Below are positions 1-13,600 of a stretch of 64,000 nucleotides of DNA, one piece after another. Under the pieces are notes generated by a model that did not search any database, had not been told where the DNA came from, and saw nothing but the letters and a program-made list of their open reading frames with translations. Every line of letters starts with the position of its first letter. Within the stretch, counting starts at the first letter, position 1. This DNA is from Amoebophrya sp. A120 (Eukaryota; Protista; Dinoflagellata). The translations under genes and the position numbers were made by a program. The stretch covers positions 10,710,709-10,774,708 of the forward strand of contig CAJINV010000002.1 in the NCBI GenBank assembly GCA_905178155.1. Reading direction: 5' to 3'.

Positions 1-793
1 GGGACAGCGAAAATCCGCCGGCGGAAATCCCGGGGACTGGGAAAAAGTCGAGTCTCGATCGCAGCCCGGGCGATTTTACTACGTCAATAAGCGGACGGGT
101 GCCAAGCAATGGGAAAAACCAGAAGGCGTGGCGTGAGGAGTCGATCTGGCCCGGCTTTATTTTTTTTTCTTTTGAGACAGCACTTTGTTACAATTTTACT
201 TAAAAATTACTTATTGCGCATTGATGTCAATTTATTACGACGCGCTGCTGTCTTTGCAGCAGCGACGGCAGCAGCCCTCTGCCAAAGGATGTAGAGGCTG
301 CTGCGCCTCCATCGCAGCTTCTCTTCGCTGTGTTGGATTATCTACCTTTTGTTAAGACATCGTCATTCGAGGAATTTGCTGTGATTTTTTCACAGCAGCT
401 CGAGTTATGTTTATTGTTTGGTCAGCATATTGGTCCGAGACGAAAAGTGCCTTGTATGTCATTGTGGATTGCATTCTTTGGTGATTAGATTCTTTGTATG
501 TAGACTTTTGTAACAAAGGTTCTGCTCGACTAGCAGAAAAGCCATTCAACGGCACCTGACGCACCAGCGCGTGAAGGTTTTTTTTGCGAAGATGTCGAAC
601 GTGTTTTGAGTTCGACAGCCCTAGATTTATTCTGCGTTCGCGTTCGGTGTTGTGTCGACTCGTGCGAGAGGGAGAGTAGTTGCGAATCGCACATTTCATC
701 TTCAAGCGAGAGAAGCGACTCGCTGAAAGGAGTATTCTAAATGAGCAGGACTTCCTCGGAAATATCCATCTCGCAGTTCTTGTTTAAAAGTGT

Positions 794-1141
794 TTGCTTT
801 TCGCCCCCTTAGAACACGAAACCGACGAAATTATGCCGCTGCAACTTGCCGTCCCTCCGCAGATTCGGGTTCTGCAACCCGTTCCCCCCGTCGGCGAAAC
901 CGGTGGGCTGATCGACGGGTCGGCGATTCTGAACAAAAAGGTCCCCTACGGCTGCCCCTGCGCGGGACGTGGCTCCGCGGTTGCGCACAATGCCATTCAA
1001 AACGCGCTCGCAACGGCCACGAAACAGTTTTACCTTACGCGACAGGCTGCCGACGATCTCGCGGCGACGACCAAGGAGAGCGAGATAAGGCAGCTGGCGA
1101 AGCGAGCGGGGGCCTACGGTATAAATCTGTTGCCATATTAG
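794..1141 (+). CDS. Hypothetical protein, probably the last exon of a spliced gene
   Basis: Coding-like ORF ending TAG; no ATG at its 5' edge; pyrimidine-rich acceptor-like ttttcgcccccttag ending near 812; upstream exon not resolved. Confidence 0.4.
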   Translation: MLFAPLEHETDEIMPLQLAVPPQIRVLQPVPPVGETGGLIDGSAILNKKVPYGCPCAGRGSAVAHNAIQNALATATKQFYLTRQAADDLAATTKESEIRQLAKRAGAYGINLLPY

Positions 1142-1321
1142 GATCAGACATTCGAGGAGTTATTTTTGCATTGCAGTGGGAATTTGCGTGAAGTTGATTG
1201 TCTTCGAGCACTACACGTTGAAGAAAAGAACTTTAGTCTTCCGTGTTTTTAATCCCTTCGACGCGGTTGCATTTTTCATTCCAAACCGACAGCACACGAT
1301 TTGGAGTTTTTGGGGCGGAGT

Positions 1322-1663
1322 ATGGCAATGGTACTGAAGATGCCGGTTGCGGTGAACCCTCCCTTTCTTCCCTTCGACATGAAAATGGCAAAAACCAGCA
1401 GCGACAAGCAGGTGGACGCCGCCGCGGCGGCTGACGCTGCGCCGGGGGAGGCGAAGGCCGAGGAGGATGCAGAAGTCAAGGCGGCAAGCTTTGGGGAAGC
1501 TGCGGTGGCTGCATGGGCAATAGTATCAAGGTTTGCAGCGAAGTCTGGTGATGAAAATGCACGTAGATTAGACGACGAAAAAGATAAACATCCATTTCAA
1601 AGAAAAAGAAGAAGAAAGCAAAAAAACTTTTTTCTTGCCTCCTGCGATTCTCTCTTTTTGTAA
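1322..1663 (+). CDS. Hypothetical Ala/Glu-rich protein or exon
   Basis: GC-rich coding-like segment (DAAAAADAAPGEAKAEEDAEVK); boundaries uncertain. Confidence 0.3.
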   Translation: MAMVLKMPVAVNPPFLPFDMKMAKTSSDKQVDAAAAADAAPGEAKAEEDAEVKAASFGEAAVAAWAIVSRFAAKSGDENARRLDDEKDKHPFQRKRRRKQKNFFLASCDSLFL

Positions 1664-2209
1664 AAATCATTTTCAACTTTCTGAGATTGAGAGCATGCTG
1701 CTGAGTTTCTTCGTGTAAAATTTTCAGTCCAACCAGCTCGAGGAATTTGTCGCGAAACGTAGTCCGCAAGAGTAATGAATGAACAAAATTTTTGCGAGTG
1801 TCTCTTTTTAAGTGTAACGCATCTAGATGGAAAAGCAAATGGCAGAAGCAAAAACCGACCGGCGGTACGGGAATGGGAGTTAGCAGCCTCATCTTGTGTC
1901 CGCCGTCTCTGAAATGTCGTTGCAGTGCAGATCTTGAAGCTGCGGGACAGTTCCACTTTCGTTTGCACTACACCGTGACCACGACTCACGGAGCAAGATC
2001 AGAGAAAGATTCCTAGTGATCTACTTCTCAAGTCTGCATCAGCAATCGTTTATTTTTCGTCGGTCATAGTGATATGCTGCTCCTAGTAAGCTATTGGATT
2101 ATTCGCTCCTGAGCTGCCCGCCGCCCTGGCTGCAGCCGCAAGTGGTGACCACGCACCACGACAACGATCACAAATATTTTTCGGCTGCCTTCTTTCACTA
2201 AAATATAAG

Positions 2210-2992
2210 ATGTCTGCGTACGCTATCGCCGGACTGCAGAGCGGGACGATCCTCACCATTGCGGACGTTCTGACCCAGGTGGGCATTGACGGGAAGCGCA
2301 TTGGTGCCATACCGAGGTTGCCCTGGCAGAACAACCAGGAAAATACGAAAAACACCGCCCAAGGAGGATCTTCTTCATCTTCCTCTTCGTCCAGCCATGT
2401 AAACGCGGCCGAGCACTACAATCCGGACCGCACGCTTCGCTGGGCCGGTGCAGGGCTGTTGATACACGGGCCCTATTTCAAGTTCACGTTTGGCAAAATA
2501 GACGGGTTTTTCGCGAACTCGCCGCTCAACCTGCGAACGGTGTTGCTGAAAACCGCAACGGCACAATTCACTGTATAGAAATACGTATTTCATCGGGAGG
2601 TGGAAGATTTTTTGATACGCAAATTGAAAATGAAGAGGATCAAGATACGATGCGTTTCGGTTGATTTCACGACTAGAGAGGAACGCATAATTTTGTACTA
2701 CGCGCTATACAACAAAAATTTCTAGGCCTTCCCGGGTTACCTCGCCCTTCTTTTCACGTATATGGGCCTTGCAGAGGGAATCCGCAACCAGGACGAGCTG
2801 TGGCAAAAGGTGTACAAAAGAGTGCCGGAAGCGTTCGCCGCCGGGTGCGTTTTTTGGCCAGTGGCGAACACGTTCAATTTCACGTTTGTCCCCGCGAGCT
2901 ACCGAGTGCCCTACCTCGCATCCTGCGGCTCCGTGTGGGGCATTGTGCTATCATGGCTCAACGCGCGAGATAGCAACCAGGAGGGAAAATAA
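2210..2992 (+). CDS. Mpv17/PMP22 family membrane protein (exons 2210-2572, 2726-2992)
   Basis: IADVLTQ, RTLRW, HGPYFKFTF and FWPVANTFNFTFVPASYRVPY..W...LSW match the Mpv17/PMP22 pattern; GT-AG intron 2573-2725 (153 bp) joins the two ORFs in frame. Confidence 0.85.
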
Positions 2993-3474
2993 GGCGATGC
3001 ACGAAAGATTATACTCTCCGAAATGGAACGAAACAATAGCAATACTCTCTAAAACGTGTAATAAAAGGGAAACGCAACAAGAGGAATGAAGGTCCTCGAT
3101 CGAGCAGGAAGCAGTGTACTCGTTCCTTCGACCGCGCGCGCACTGACATTCTGAGAATACAAGTGATTCTCGTAAAGAAAGCTGCTGAGCGCATCAGATG
3201 CGTGATATGTAAATCCTGGTGAAGCAGTAGCATCTGATGTGTGATTCCTGCAGCCTGGTATTTCCCGCGTTCACGACGTACTGTGTCATGAAACATAAAT
3301 GTTCGTCCTTGCGTCGGAGAGAGGAGCTGTAGCTGAGTATTGCAGTGCGAGTCACGTCCATCGAGAGGACGAGAGTGGAAGATCTAGTTTTTCGAGTAAC
3401 GGAAGGTGCAAAAGCTGTTGTGTTTCTGAAACCACCAAAAAAGCATCAGCACAAGAATCAAGATACACTTATCC

Positions 3475-5249
3475 ATGGAGGTCTCCGCCGAACTCCGGGT
3501 GCATAGCCCATATTCGCTGGTACTGGCGGCCGCGGCCTGCTTGATGGCGTTTGGCAAGCTGCCCGGCTGCGGGGTGCTGGCCGTGAAGAACGATGATGCC
3601 GTTGCAACAGCACGCGCTGCTGAGAAACACGAGCAAGCAACGCGGGAGATGGAGTTGACCACGGGTGGAAGCCAAAGGGAGCTGCGTGACGTGCCCGAAG
3701 ATGATGATGGCGCTCCGCGCGACCATGCGGAAGCGGGAGCGGATGCTTCGCTTCTTGACGTGCGGGAAGGAACTTCTACGTGGCGCGAAGGACCAGCAGA
3801 ATCTCCTACATCGGGATCACACGGGATACACCACACTAAACACGTGGACCTGATGAGTGGAGAAGAATCACTGTACATGGGGAAGACCGGGAAAAACGCG
3901 ATTCCCCTAGAGAATGGTGTCGCCTGCGTTGTAGGAGATGACGACGTCCGGAATAAGGAATGGAGCAAAGAGGAGGTCTTCAATCTTATCGACAGGTCAA
4001 GAAAGAAGCATAGGGGGCGGATGGGACAAGTTGCCGCGGCCCTGCATTTGTCCCACGCCATCAAAGATGAAACTGAACTTGTAGTGACAGCAGGCGGTAG
4101 TGAAGGAGTGCTTGCTCACGAAGTTTCTGTCAGGAGGGGGTTGTCGAAAACAAAGGAGAGGCACGTGGTCTACGTGAAAACTTGAACGTGCAAAGCAGAA
4201 AACGACCTTCGTGAATTCAACCTGTTGCACTTCGTTAAGACGCAGAGCCACGAATACTTCAAGTTGAAGGTTGCTGGACACACTTTTCGCTTCAGAACGC
4301 AATATCGTTTAACAATGGACTCGCGGCACTACCTCGACCATGGCGCTGGAAAAGTGATGCATGGCAACGATTCTTTGTACAGCAAGGTCCTGAAGTCATC
4401 GTGGAGAGACAGGGGGCTCCGTATTCCGAAAAAGACTACAGGGGACTCCGTATTCCGAAGTACATCTCGCGTGACCAGCAAGGACGTACGCGATTGGGCA
4501 AAAGCGCAAGGGATAGAGGTACAAGTAATTCGCAGAAATTTCCATCGTCATTGCGAAGGACCTCCCGGAACTTAAGTGAACATGCTTTCAGTTACCTATT
4601 GCGCTTCTGGTGATGCTGTAGTGGTTAATTTGTGAAAAAAAATTGTTAGATTAAGTCCCACGATCTGGTCTTGACTGACGATCTTGGAGAAAGTGGAGTG
4701 CTTGCACATGTGGTCGAACGGGAGCATCGCCTGCCGGAACCGCATGTCATCTATGCGCATGTGGACGTGAGTATGGATCCGGATACCAAGAACTATCGAC
4801 AGAATCATGCGCTTACCGAGGAAGTGCTTACCGAGGAGGTGCTTACCGAGGAGGTGTGGGAACCAGAATCCGAAGGCGACTATTTTCATTTTGTATTAGC
4901 TCGAGCCCACCCGCCCCGCCACTACGTTCCGAATTTTTCCAGGGAAGACATATACCTTGTGAAGCGCGTCGGCACATACGACGCCAAAACAAAGGACATA
5001 GACTTCGTATCTTCTTCTAAAAAGTCGATCCACAACCCAGACCATCAGGCAAACGAAGACGGCGCATCATTTTCGTCGCTGGAACTCCAGGGCAGGAGCA
5101 CGAACGAAATTACCGGGGAGGAGGCGCATGGGACCAAGCTGCACGCGCTGGACACGGACAAACCGGTCTTGCTCGAAGATGGAGCCGAGTTTGCGGCCAC
5201 CGATGAGGCGGTTCCGGAGCTGGACGAGGGGGTGGTCGATTTGCGCTGA
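3475..5249 (+). CDS. Hypothetical signal-peptide protein with one in-frame TGA (4183-4185) and a probable GT-AG intron (4519 or 4525 to 4649)
   Basis: ORFs 3475-4185 and 4225-4575 share a frame and are separated by a single TGA; a phase-0 donor and acceptor join them to the 4671-5249 frame; hydrophobic N-terminus. Confidence 0.5.
4811..4855 (+). repeat. Coding 15-bp tandem repeat x3 (LTEEV)
   Basis: gcttaccgaggaRgt repeated three times. Confidence 0.9.
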
Positions 5250-6383
5250 AACGTGGTGTAAATAGCAGCGCACGCGCTGCGGATCGGGGCCGGGGGAGGA
5301 TCAAGTTTGTCTTGCTGCGTTGATTCCACGCGAGACGAGGTAAGTGCAAGTCGAAGCGACTGGTCTCGTGTTTTTGCTGTGGTCGCGTCGCGTGGATTTT
5401 AGATTTTTTTAGATTGTCGGATGTTGCAAGACATACCATCAGAGCGAATGCGCTGCTCGCATACAAACAAACTGAAAGTGTAGCACTTTTTGAAAAGTTT
5501 TGAAACAAATCAACCGACTCTAAAAAGTCTGACTCTCACTGAGGCATTGCCATGCTCGAAGCACTTCGACGGATCACGAAATTGTAAAACTCACACATGT
5601 CTCGATTCGTTTCGAAAGATCCATACGGATGATGAACAGAAAAGCAGAGGATCTAATCACAAATTGCGCTCTGGTCATTGAATCGTTTGCAATCAGGAAA
5701 GACCGAGCCGGCGTCCTGGACAAAAAGATAGAAAAAAAGATCCAAAAAGCAACAGCACAAAATTTTGCGATAGTGTAGTTGGAACATTTCAGATTGATGA
5801 GATCGTGCTTATCAGCACATTCTTGTCCATTCAAATTGAAGAGAAGGTCATTGGTGTCAATGCTCAAATTTAATACGATCCAGCAGGACAAAGATCAACT
5901 TGCTCGTGGTTCAAGATCTTTCTCAGTGACGCGCAGGATACAAAACAATGCTCCAGCACACAAAGCGGGAACTGAAAAAAGTTCCCTGAAAAATCTTCTA
6001 TCAGCCCCACCAACAGGCTATTGCGGCGAAAAAAGGAACATGCGAAGAATGAAAATTAGAAGTAGAAAGAGCAAACATAACACTTGGCGATGATCATACC
6101 TTAGAAGAATTTTAACCAAGAGTAGTCCAGCTATTGACTCAGAGGTTTCTGCGGAGACGAGAGTGGAAGTGAGTAAACAAATCGTAAGTCTAAACCTCGA
6201 GTGCTGTGTTTACAGGAGAGAATGGCCAAGAACCAATTTAAGGAGTAACTTGAAACTACGCATACAACGCTTGACACCAACAACATCCTGAGCCTACTTC
6301 AAGTACAACAATCGATCTGATTTCCCTCCAAAGCGAATCATCCAATTTAGACACTGTACATCCAAAGCTCCGCCCCCCCCCCT

Positions 6384-7568
6384 ATGCCGCTGGTTGAATG
6401 CGCGGCCCCGGTGGCTTCGACCGCCAGCAAGTACGCCGGAAAGGTGACGTGGCAGGACAGCAGTCTGCAGAAGGTGTGGAATGGCAAGTTCTGGGTGACC
6501 ACGCGACTTTCTACCGTGAACGGGTTGGCCAACCGACAAAAGGACAAGGACCGCGTGGAGCAGACCCTCGGGCTGCCGGAGTTCGGGCGCCCGGACATCG
6601 TGCTGAAATGGAGCAAGCTCGTCGGCACGTCCGAGGTCCGGTGCGAGGACCGGTTTTTGCCGAGCGACGTGCGGGATCAGATGGACGCGGAGATGAAAAG
6701 GAGCAACGGTGAAGGCCACAACGGCATTACAAAAACATCCTCGTCGTCTTCCCCGAGCAACTTGACCCGCGCGGGTGCGGCTAGTTCCACCTGCCCGCAC
6801 GACTTCCCGCAGCAAAGTCCGGGCACCCCGAGCACCTCCGCCAGCACGCCCACCAAAAACGGCAACGACCCAACAAATTTGTTCGCGCGGCAGCACTCCA
6901 CCGGAGGTTCTTCCTGCGGCGGGTCGGCGGTGTCGGAGGACTACTGCAGCGGCACTAACTTGACGTGCGACAGCGGTACCAACGTTGACAGCCAAACGTC
7001 CTGCGAACCGCAGATCGTCGCGTTCGGGTACGAAAGGATCGTGTACGGCGACCACGGGCCGTACGTGGAGCTGGCCGCGCACCAGATCAACTGGGAGGCA
7101 TTTCCGTTTTTTCACGAGAAGCCGGGCTACAGCTACTACGACGAGTATTATGCGAAAAACAAGATCATGCTGTATGCCCAGAAGAAATTTGTGACAAACA
7201 AGAAGTCGCCGCCCAAGACCGGCCAGTACTCGACGGACAACCAACGGCCGGAGGGTTACGCAAACTACGTCCCGGGCTGTTTTTACATCGCCGCCGACGC
7301 GACGGTGCTGATGGCAGAAACCGCCGGGGGAAAGCCGCTCGTGCAGCAAAGAAGTCCACCTCATCAACAGGAACAGAAAATAGAAGAGGAAACTGTGCGG
7401 CAGCGGGGGAATCTAGGCGTTGGTGAAGTGGTAAGTAGGCCCCAATTTCTCAGCGACAACATCCCGGGCGAGGGGCAACAAACGGCGAAAGAAATGAATC
7501 TGCCTGCTGTAGCCACAACAGCTTGGAACGTCAATGCCGTGGCCTTCGTGCCCAGCTGGGAAAGGTAG
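6384..7568 (+). CDS. Hypothetical protein with a compact aromatic-rich domain (GYERIVYGDHGPYVEL...YYDEYY...LYAQKK...EGYANY.PG.FYI)
   Basis: 394-aa ORF with strong GC3 bias; globular domain flanked by low-complexity linkers; function not recognised. Confidence 0.75.
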   Translation: MPLVECAAPVASTASKYAGKVTWQDSSLQKVWNGKFWVTTRLSTVNGLANRQKDKDRVEQTLGLPEFGRPDIVLKWSKLVGTSEVRCEDRFLPSDVRDQMDAEMKRSNGEGHNGITKTSSSSSPSNLTRAGAASSTCPHDFPQQSPGTPSTSASTPTKNGNDPTNLFARQHSTGGSSCGGSAVSEDYCSGTNLTCDSGTNVDSQTSCEPQIVAFGYERIVYGDHGPYVELAAHQINWEAFPFFHEKPGYSYYDEYYAKNKIMLYAQKKFVTNKKSPPKTGQYSTDNQRPEGYANYVPGCFYIAADATVLMAETAGGKPLVQQRSPPHQQEQKIEEETVRQRGNLGVGEVVSRPQFLSDNIPGEGQQTAKEMNLPAVATTAWNVNAVAFVPSWER

Positions 7569-8583
7569 GCGCGAGCGTTCTTTGGCTCGTAGTGTCGCCG
7601 CAGCGACCAAAAAGTGACAGCAGCGCAAAGTGCACTTCTCTTCAAAAGCGATGCTATGAAATAAACTTACGCGGCCTCTTGCAATGGCCTACCGATAACG
7701 CGGATCAAAAAACGACAATGTAGTAATGCGACCATATTAAACGACTTAGCAGGGAACTGTAGACGCATCCAACTGGGCCCGCAGCAGATCGAATTCGAAT
7801 TCTAAAAGCGTCCAGGCCAGGGAAGTTATTCGCGCAGTTCTTGAATGACGATTCGACTTCCATAAAAAGTGTTCGTAAGATGACAAGATAGGCAGCAGGT
7901 TCACAGAATGGGTAAGCAAACCGCTCTCGGTATGCTTGAGGAGCATAATTCCAAGTCGTATGTTTTTTCTTCAAAATCATGATGCGCGCTTTTGTGCCGG
8001 AGAAGTCGAGAAGTTAGAATTGATTTCTTTTGCAGGACCCCCATCGCGACAGTGTACACAACACATTCATGGTTTACTTTTGTTTTTAACTGTCACTTGG
8101 TTTCAAAAAATCATCATCGCACTGTAGGCGCAGGCAGTACATGGAATTCATCATATTAACAACTGGATGCTGGTGATAGGCGTGCGCGTTTTTTTCGTGC
8201 CCAAAACAGTGCGAGGTGATCGCTGGGGCTACCCTAGTTCAGGCCAGGATATTAAGTAGTTGAGAGGTACTACCAGCAGAGCGTTTCTAGCTTTGCGCAA
8301 TCTATTCGATAACAGGCATTGTGGGTTTATTTCGCAATTTATTCTTCTGGTATTTCTGTTTCGAGAAGATATTACCGGTTCGCAAACCTCTAAACGCAGG
8401 ACACACAGTAGAAATCAAATAGGACATGAACTTAAAATGGCGGGCCGTATTTCTCCACGCGGAAACTGAAGTAGATTCGCCGTTATTCACTAGCACGATT
8501 TCGGAAGATCATCGACAAGACTCGGACCAGCAATTTGAGAAAGCGTTCTCTACCACCAGGCTCACACAAGAAAAGCATCTACC

Positions 8584-9736
8584 ATGGCGACGTCGAGCAG
8601 TAGCAGTGTCGTCGCTCCGCCCCAAGTCGCGACGTTCCAACGAATACGAACCCTGTGGCCGATATGGGAGTGTCAGGATTGAAATCGACAAAGTTGAAAT
8701 AACTTGTAATGCATAAAATCGATCCCAGTTGGAAGCCCAATTTTCAAGCGGTGCATGACAAATTTCGGGGCCGTCTAAATCCAGTTTGTCATGCTGTTTA
8801 GGGAGAAAAGGTTTCTTTTGTCATGCTACATTAGCAGCTCTGCCGTAGACCCCAAGCAGGCTGACAGTCGGCCTCACTTGCCGCCCCTGCAAGAGAGGCA
8901 CTTCTTGCCTTGCAATTTACGCATGAGAAAGAGAAACTATTTCAACTTTGACGATTTCAATCCTGACGCATCCATAGCCGAGTGCGCAGCTGACGGACGA
9001 CGAAATGTTCAAACTCGCGCACCAAATGGAGCACGGCCCCATCATATGAAATGTAAAAATGTCTGGGTCTGGAAGATTCTGACACTTGTCATGCACGTTT
9101 TGCATGAGCCATGATGTCTGTGATGCATACCCTAGCAATACGGATTTTTTGACGGCTTCTTGATGCCTATTCCGCATGACAAATGCCTTCTCAGCGTAGC
9201 AAAAATTGCATTCCTTTTGGTACTCATGCAATGCAGATTTTTCTGGAATCCAAATGCAGCATCACAAGTTGCATTCTTCCAGACCCAGACATTTTTACAT
9301 TTGATACATCATTTCCCCGCCGCAGGGCCGGTACGAGTGGAACCAGGCAACCGGGGGCGGCGTGCTGATCACGTTTCCCTCCTACATCGAGAAGTGCTGC
9401 AACGTGCACTGGAAGGTGGAGTGGTTGCGGGTGCAGCAGAAGGAAGGGTGCAAGTTCCAGGGACACAGCTCGGACCTGGGCCCCCACCCGGACACGGGTG
9501 TAGAGGACCCGGACAAGGAGGAGTGGACGGCGAATTTCCGCATCCAACCGCACCGCCTGGGCTACATGCGGAGGAAAGCGGGCGAGGACGTGATGATAGA
9601 GCTCAACTACCCCGGCCGCTTCAACGTGGAGGCGTGGCTGATTCACAAAGACAACGACAAAGTGGTCACACCCGTCACGAGCCGCTTGTACGAGGTGGTC
9701 AACATTGGCGGAAGACAGGCCGCGGCAGCCGGGTAG
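8584..9736 (+). CDS. Hypothetical protein reconstructed across two non-canonical TIR introns
   Basis: ATG at 8584 gives MATSSSSSVVAPPQVATFQRIRTLWP|SAQLTDDEMFKLAHQMEHGPI|ISPPQGRYEWNQATGGGVLITFPSY... to TAG 9736 once both elements plus one TSD each are removed. Confidence 0.8.
8663..8976. mobile_element. TIR introner/MITE, family A (314 bp), TSD GCCGA
   Basis: TIR tatgggagtgtcaggattgaaatcgacaaagttgaaata / tatttcaactttgacgatttcaatcctgacgcatccata; gccga at 8658-8662 and 8977-8981; homologous to 31093-31402. Confidence 0.93.
9045..9306. mobile_element. TIR introner/MITE, family B (262 bp), TSD CATCA
   Basis: TIR tatgaaatgtaaaaatgtctgggtctggaaga / tcttccagacccagacatttttacatttgata; catca at 9040-9044 and 9307-9311. 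Confidence 0.93.
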
Positions 9737-10639
9737 AAATCATCAGATCGTCGCATTTGATCTGATGAGCCTGCTGTTTTGTAAGTAGATCCTACAATAC
9801 TCAATTTTTTAGCAAGTATTTGCGAAAAAAAATTGGAGGCTTTTGTACATCTGCGCAACACGTGGTTTTGATAGATGATCCCACACTGATTCACGGACGG
9901 GACTGCAGTCATTGACAAAGGATGAAGCTGCCGACAATTATTCACGGGCGGAAAATAGAAGTGAAAAAGATACGAGTAAGTCGTGCGCTTTAATGAATTT
10001 ATCGGGGAGTTATGTCTTCTCCTGTAGCGACACAGCAATAAAATCCATGCAAACAACAACTGCCGAGGTGCCTCGGCAGTCAGCAGATCCGGTGATTTCG
10101 CGTCAACTTAGTTCTATCTGGGGAGTTTGACGGCATAATTCCTTCAATGGCTGGCTCGTTATGGTTTGGAAACAAAGATCTTGTGAGTATGCAGAAGAGA
10201 GGACTGTGGTGAAGATCCGAAGTTGCGCATCCAGATTGATCTTTTCGCTTCCCCCCTGAAACAGGGTGATCTTTGCCGTTGCTCACCACGTACTGTGGTC
10301 CCACACTTCAAGTTCACCTGCAGAGATCTTTTCCTTGGTCTGGTCTTGATGTGCTTTTGATGGTTCGTTCCGAGAAACGTAAGGCGATCCGCGTCATTTG
10401 CTTCTGTGCTAGATCTAATCACGACGTATTCAACTCAAGGAGAATGACCACTTTCCGAGTTGGAGTTTTCGATTGTTGTGCAGTACTAGACGCCCAGCGC
10501 CAGTCTTCTCTGCACCTACGCGAATTGTGCATGTTTGCGACTACTCCGCCGATTTTCGTTTTTTCTTGTGCATAAATCTAAATCATCAATCATCATCGTA
10601 CGTATTTCTCGCACCGTGCGAGCTTAGTTTTGCGAAAAA

Positions 10640-13600
10640 ATGGGCTTTTACATTTTTTCGTACCTGGCACCCGCGCACGTGCTTGTGTACTGCTCACATC
10701 TTTTTGTGGTCATTTTTGCGATTCTATGGCGAAACCGTTTTCGCACAAAACCCCGGATTGGCTACGAATTTGCCATCCTGAATCAACAAGCGTGTGGACG
10801 CTCCAAAAGCGACGTCGACACGGCAAGCTGCTCGCTCCCAAACCGAGGCAAGGCGTTCCAATGCGGCTACAGGCGGTGTTTGATGGGCGACTTGCTGTGG
10901 CTGTTTTTTTTCGGACTGTGGTGCGAGTTGCAGTGCATCGTCTGGTTTCTGATCTTTTCCCTGTACCGCCCGAGGTACGCAGCATTCCGGTATTTTTCGG
11001 AAACACTCCTGCAGCTGGACTCCTACCTTGCCGACGACGGGATCATGGGCGGCGGACAGCGCTTTGCGAATTTGGGCATGAACTTGATTCTGTTCTCCGC
11101 TTGGTCACTGGTGCTCTCCATCTGGTACTGCTACTACGCGAGGCAGTGGGCGGAATTTTGCCTGAATCCCTGTTTGCTGGAAGGCTGCGACGTGTTGATG
11201 ATAGTCAAGGCCATACGGGCCGAGGCGACCGACGCGGACACTCCTACGGGCAGCATCTTCGTTGAAGCAAACGAAACCGCCGGCGAGTCAAATTCGCTTG
11301 GACTGATTTTTTTCCCGATTTTTCAGAAACTCAAATTGTGGACGAGGGGGCCGGGAGTGCCGGCGACAACGTTACTTCACGTCTCCATTCAGGAATTTGT
11401 GCCGGTGTCGGAGAAGGAACAGATTCGCCACGTGAATCTGAAACTGATGCGGTACGTGTACGATGCTCAACTGAGGAAGTTTGTTGCGAACCCTAATGTT
11501 CTTGCTTTTCTGACCGCAGCGGAAATCGTTGCGATAGGCAGAAATGGAGCGGACAAGAATTATGAAGGATTTCAAGAACAACGAGGGCAGGGGGAAAAGC
11601 ACAACCCTCGAAATCAGCGTGACCACGTCAATATGAATCAGCGACAGCCGGTGCAGGGAGAAAGGCGTTTCGCGGCAAGAAGAGCAACAAGCTTCGTTCG
11701 CACCGCCGAGCAGAGGAAGCGGGAGCTTGTTGTAACCGGGGAGAACGAGTTGGTAATCCCGGTGGGCAGTTTCTTCTCCTTTGTGAAGCAGGAGATTGTG
11801 ACGTTCCGCTACGGTATCCAGTATCATTCGCTGCTGTGGACCTTCTTCTGTCACTACCTTATCATGGTCTGGCAGCTGCTGCTGACCACTGTGTGTGCCT
11901 TCGCCAATGCGCACCAAAACCGGAAATGAGCGCTGGAGACGGCGAAAATGTGCAAGAGCAGCGACGGAGAGGAAAAGCAGGATGAGGAAAGAAACTGCAG
12001 CGCAATTGCCAAGGCCAACAGTTCATCTGCCACCATTGTCAACCCGAAAACGAAAACTATCGAGAAGATTCCCGTTACCGATCTCCTTCCCGGCGACGTT
12101 ATCCAAGTGTTTGCGGACACGTTGATGCCCTGTGACTGCATCCTGTTTACGGGTAAAGCAGTGATGAACGAGTCTTGCCTGACCGGCGAACCCGCGCCGG
12201 TGCAGAAATTTCCGCTGCAGGAATCGAACAGACTCGTTTCCGCGGAGTCAAATGGCAAAAGAAGCTTTTTGTACGCTGACACGACGGTTCTGGAGGTTTG
12301 CCAATCGCAGCCTACCACCGCATTGGTCTTCGCAACAGGAGCGCTCAGTACCAAGGGCGCCGCCGTGCGAGACATCTTGAACGACGAAGAAGAGGTGGGG
12401 ATCGATGGGGAGAATACTTCAATATCCCCGGACGAGGACGAGGTTTCCGAGGAGTTGGGGTGTGAGCAGCCTACACAGGAAACCAGCGCAATTCGTGCGG
12501 GTGGCCTACTTCGCCGCATCGACTCGCAGGGCAGCGACCTCGGGCGGGCGAGCATCGGCAGCTCCGTGCGCTCGCCGGCAAAGGAGCGATTTCGTCGCGA
12601 ATTGCATCTCACTTCTCGAGCGAAGCAAGACTTATCAAGGTCGTCCTTTGGTTCGCAACCTAGCGAACGTGACAAATTCGAAAAGCCACGTTTCGGGGTT
12701 GTGTAATAGGGGGCTGCACTGAATAAGCGCCGAAGAATTTCTTGGCTTTCCAGCAGCGCCGAGGCACTGAAGGGCCGAGGCATTTAAGCGAAGCACTACT
12801 TAGGCGAGGGCGATGCACTACTTAGGGTAAGTATTACTGAAGCAAGGCACCACTTAGGGAGGCACTAATTTGGCGATGCACTACTTCAGTGAAGCATTAC
12901 GTACGGCTACGCAAAGCACTACTTAGGCGAGGCACTACTTCAGCGAAGCGCAGCACTTAGGTGGAGGATGGTATTGCTTCACTCAAGCGCGAAGGACTTA
13001 AGCGCGAAGCACTTAAGCGCGAATCACTTAAGCGCGAAGCACTTAAGCGCGAAGCATTTAAGCGCGAAGCACTTAAGCGCGAAGCACTTAAGCGCGAAGC
13101 ACTTAAGCGCGAAGCACTTAAGCGCGAAGCACTTAAGCGCGAAGCACTTAAGCGCGAAGCACTTAAGCGCGAAGCCGCTCTAGATCTTGAGCGCACGACT
13201 TAAGCGCACTACTTAAGCGCACTACTTAGCGAAGCCGCTCTACATCTTAAGCGCACCACTGAGGCGCACCACTTAAGCGCACTACTTAGGCGCACCTCTT
13301 AAGCGCATCACTGAGGCGCAGCACTTAAGCGCACTACTTAGGCGCACCACTTAAGCGCACTACTTAGGCGCACCACTTAAGCGCACTACTTAGGCGCACG
13401 ACTTAAGCGCACTACTTAGGCGCACCACTTAAGCGCACTACTTATGCGCACGACTTAAGCGCACCACTTAGGCGCACCACTTAAGCGCACCACTTAGGCA
13501 CACCACTTGAGCGCACGACTTAAGCGCGCCATTTAGGCGCACCACTTAAGCGCACTATTTAGGCGCATCACTTAGGCGCACTACTTAAGCGCACTACTTA

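Noticed and set aside
9041-9307. AT-AC (U12-type) intron reading of the family B copy
   Set aside because: One TSD register gives AT..AC by chance; the ATATCCTT donor consensus is absent and other copies do not give it
12957-13203. (REALK)n, (SAKHL)n and (RLSAS)n ORFs
   Set aside because: By-products of a 15-bp minisatellite that is open in several frames
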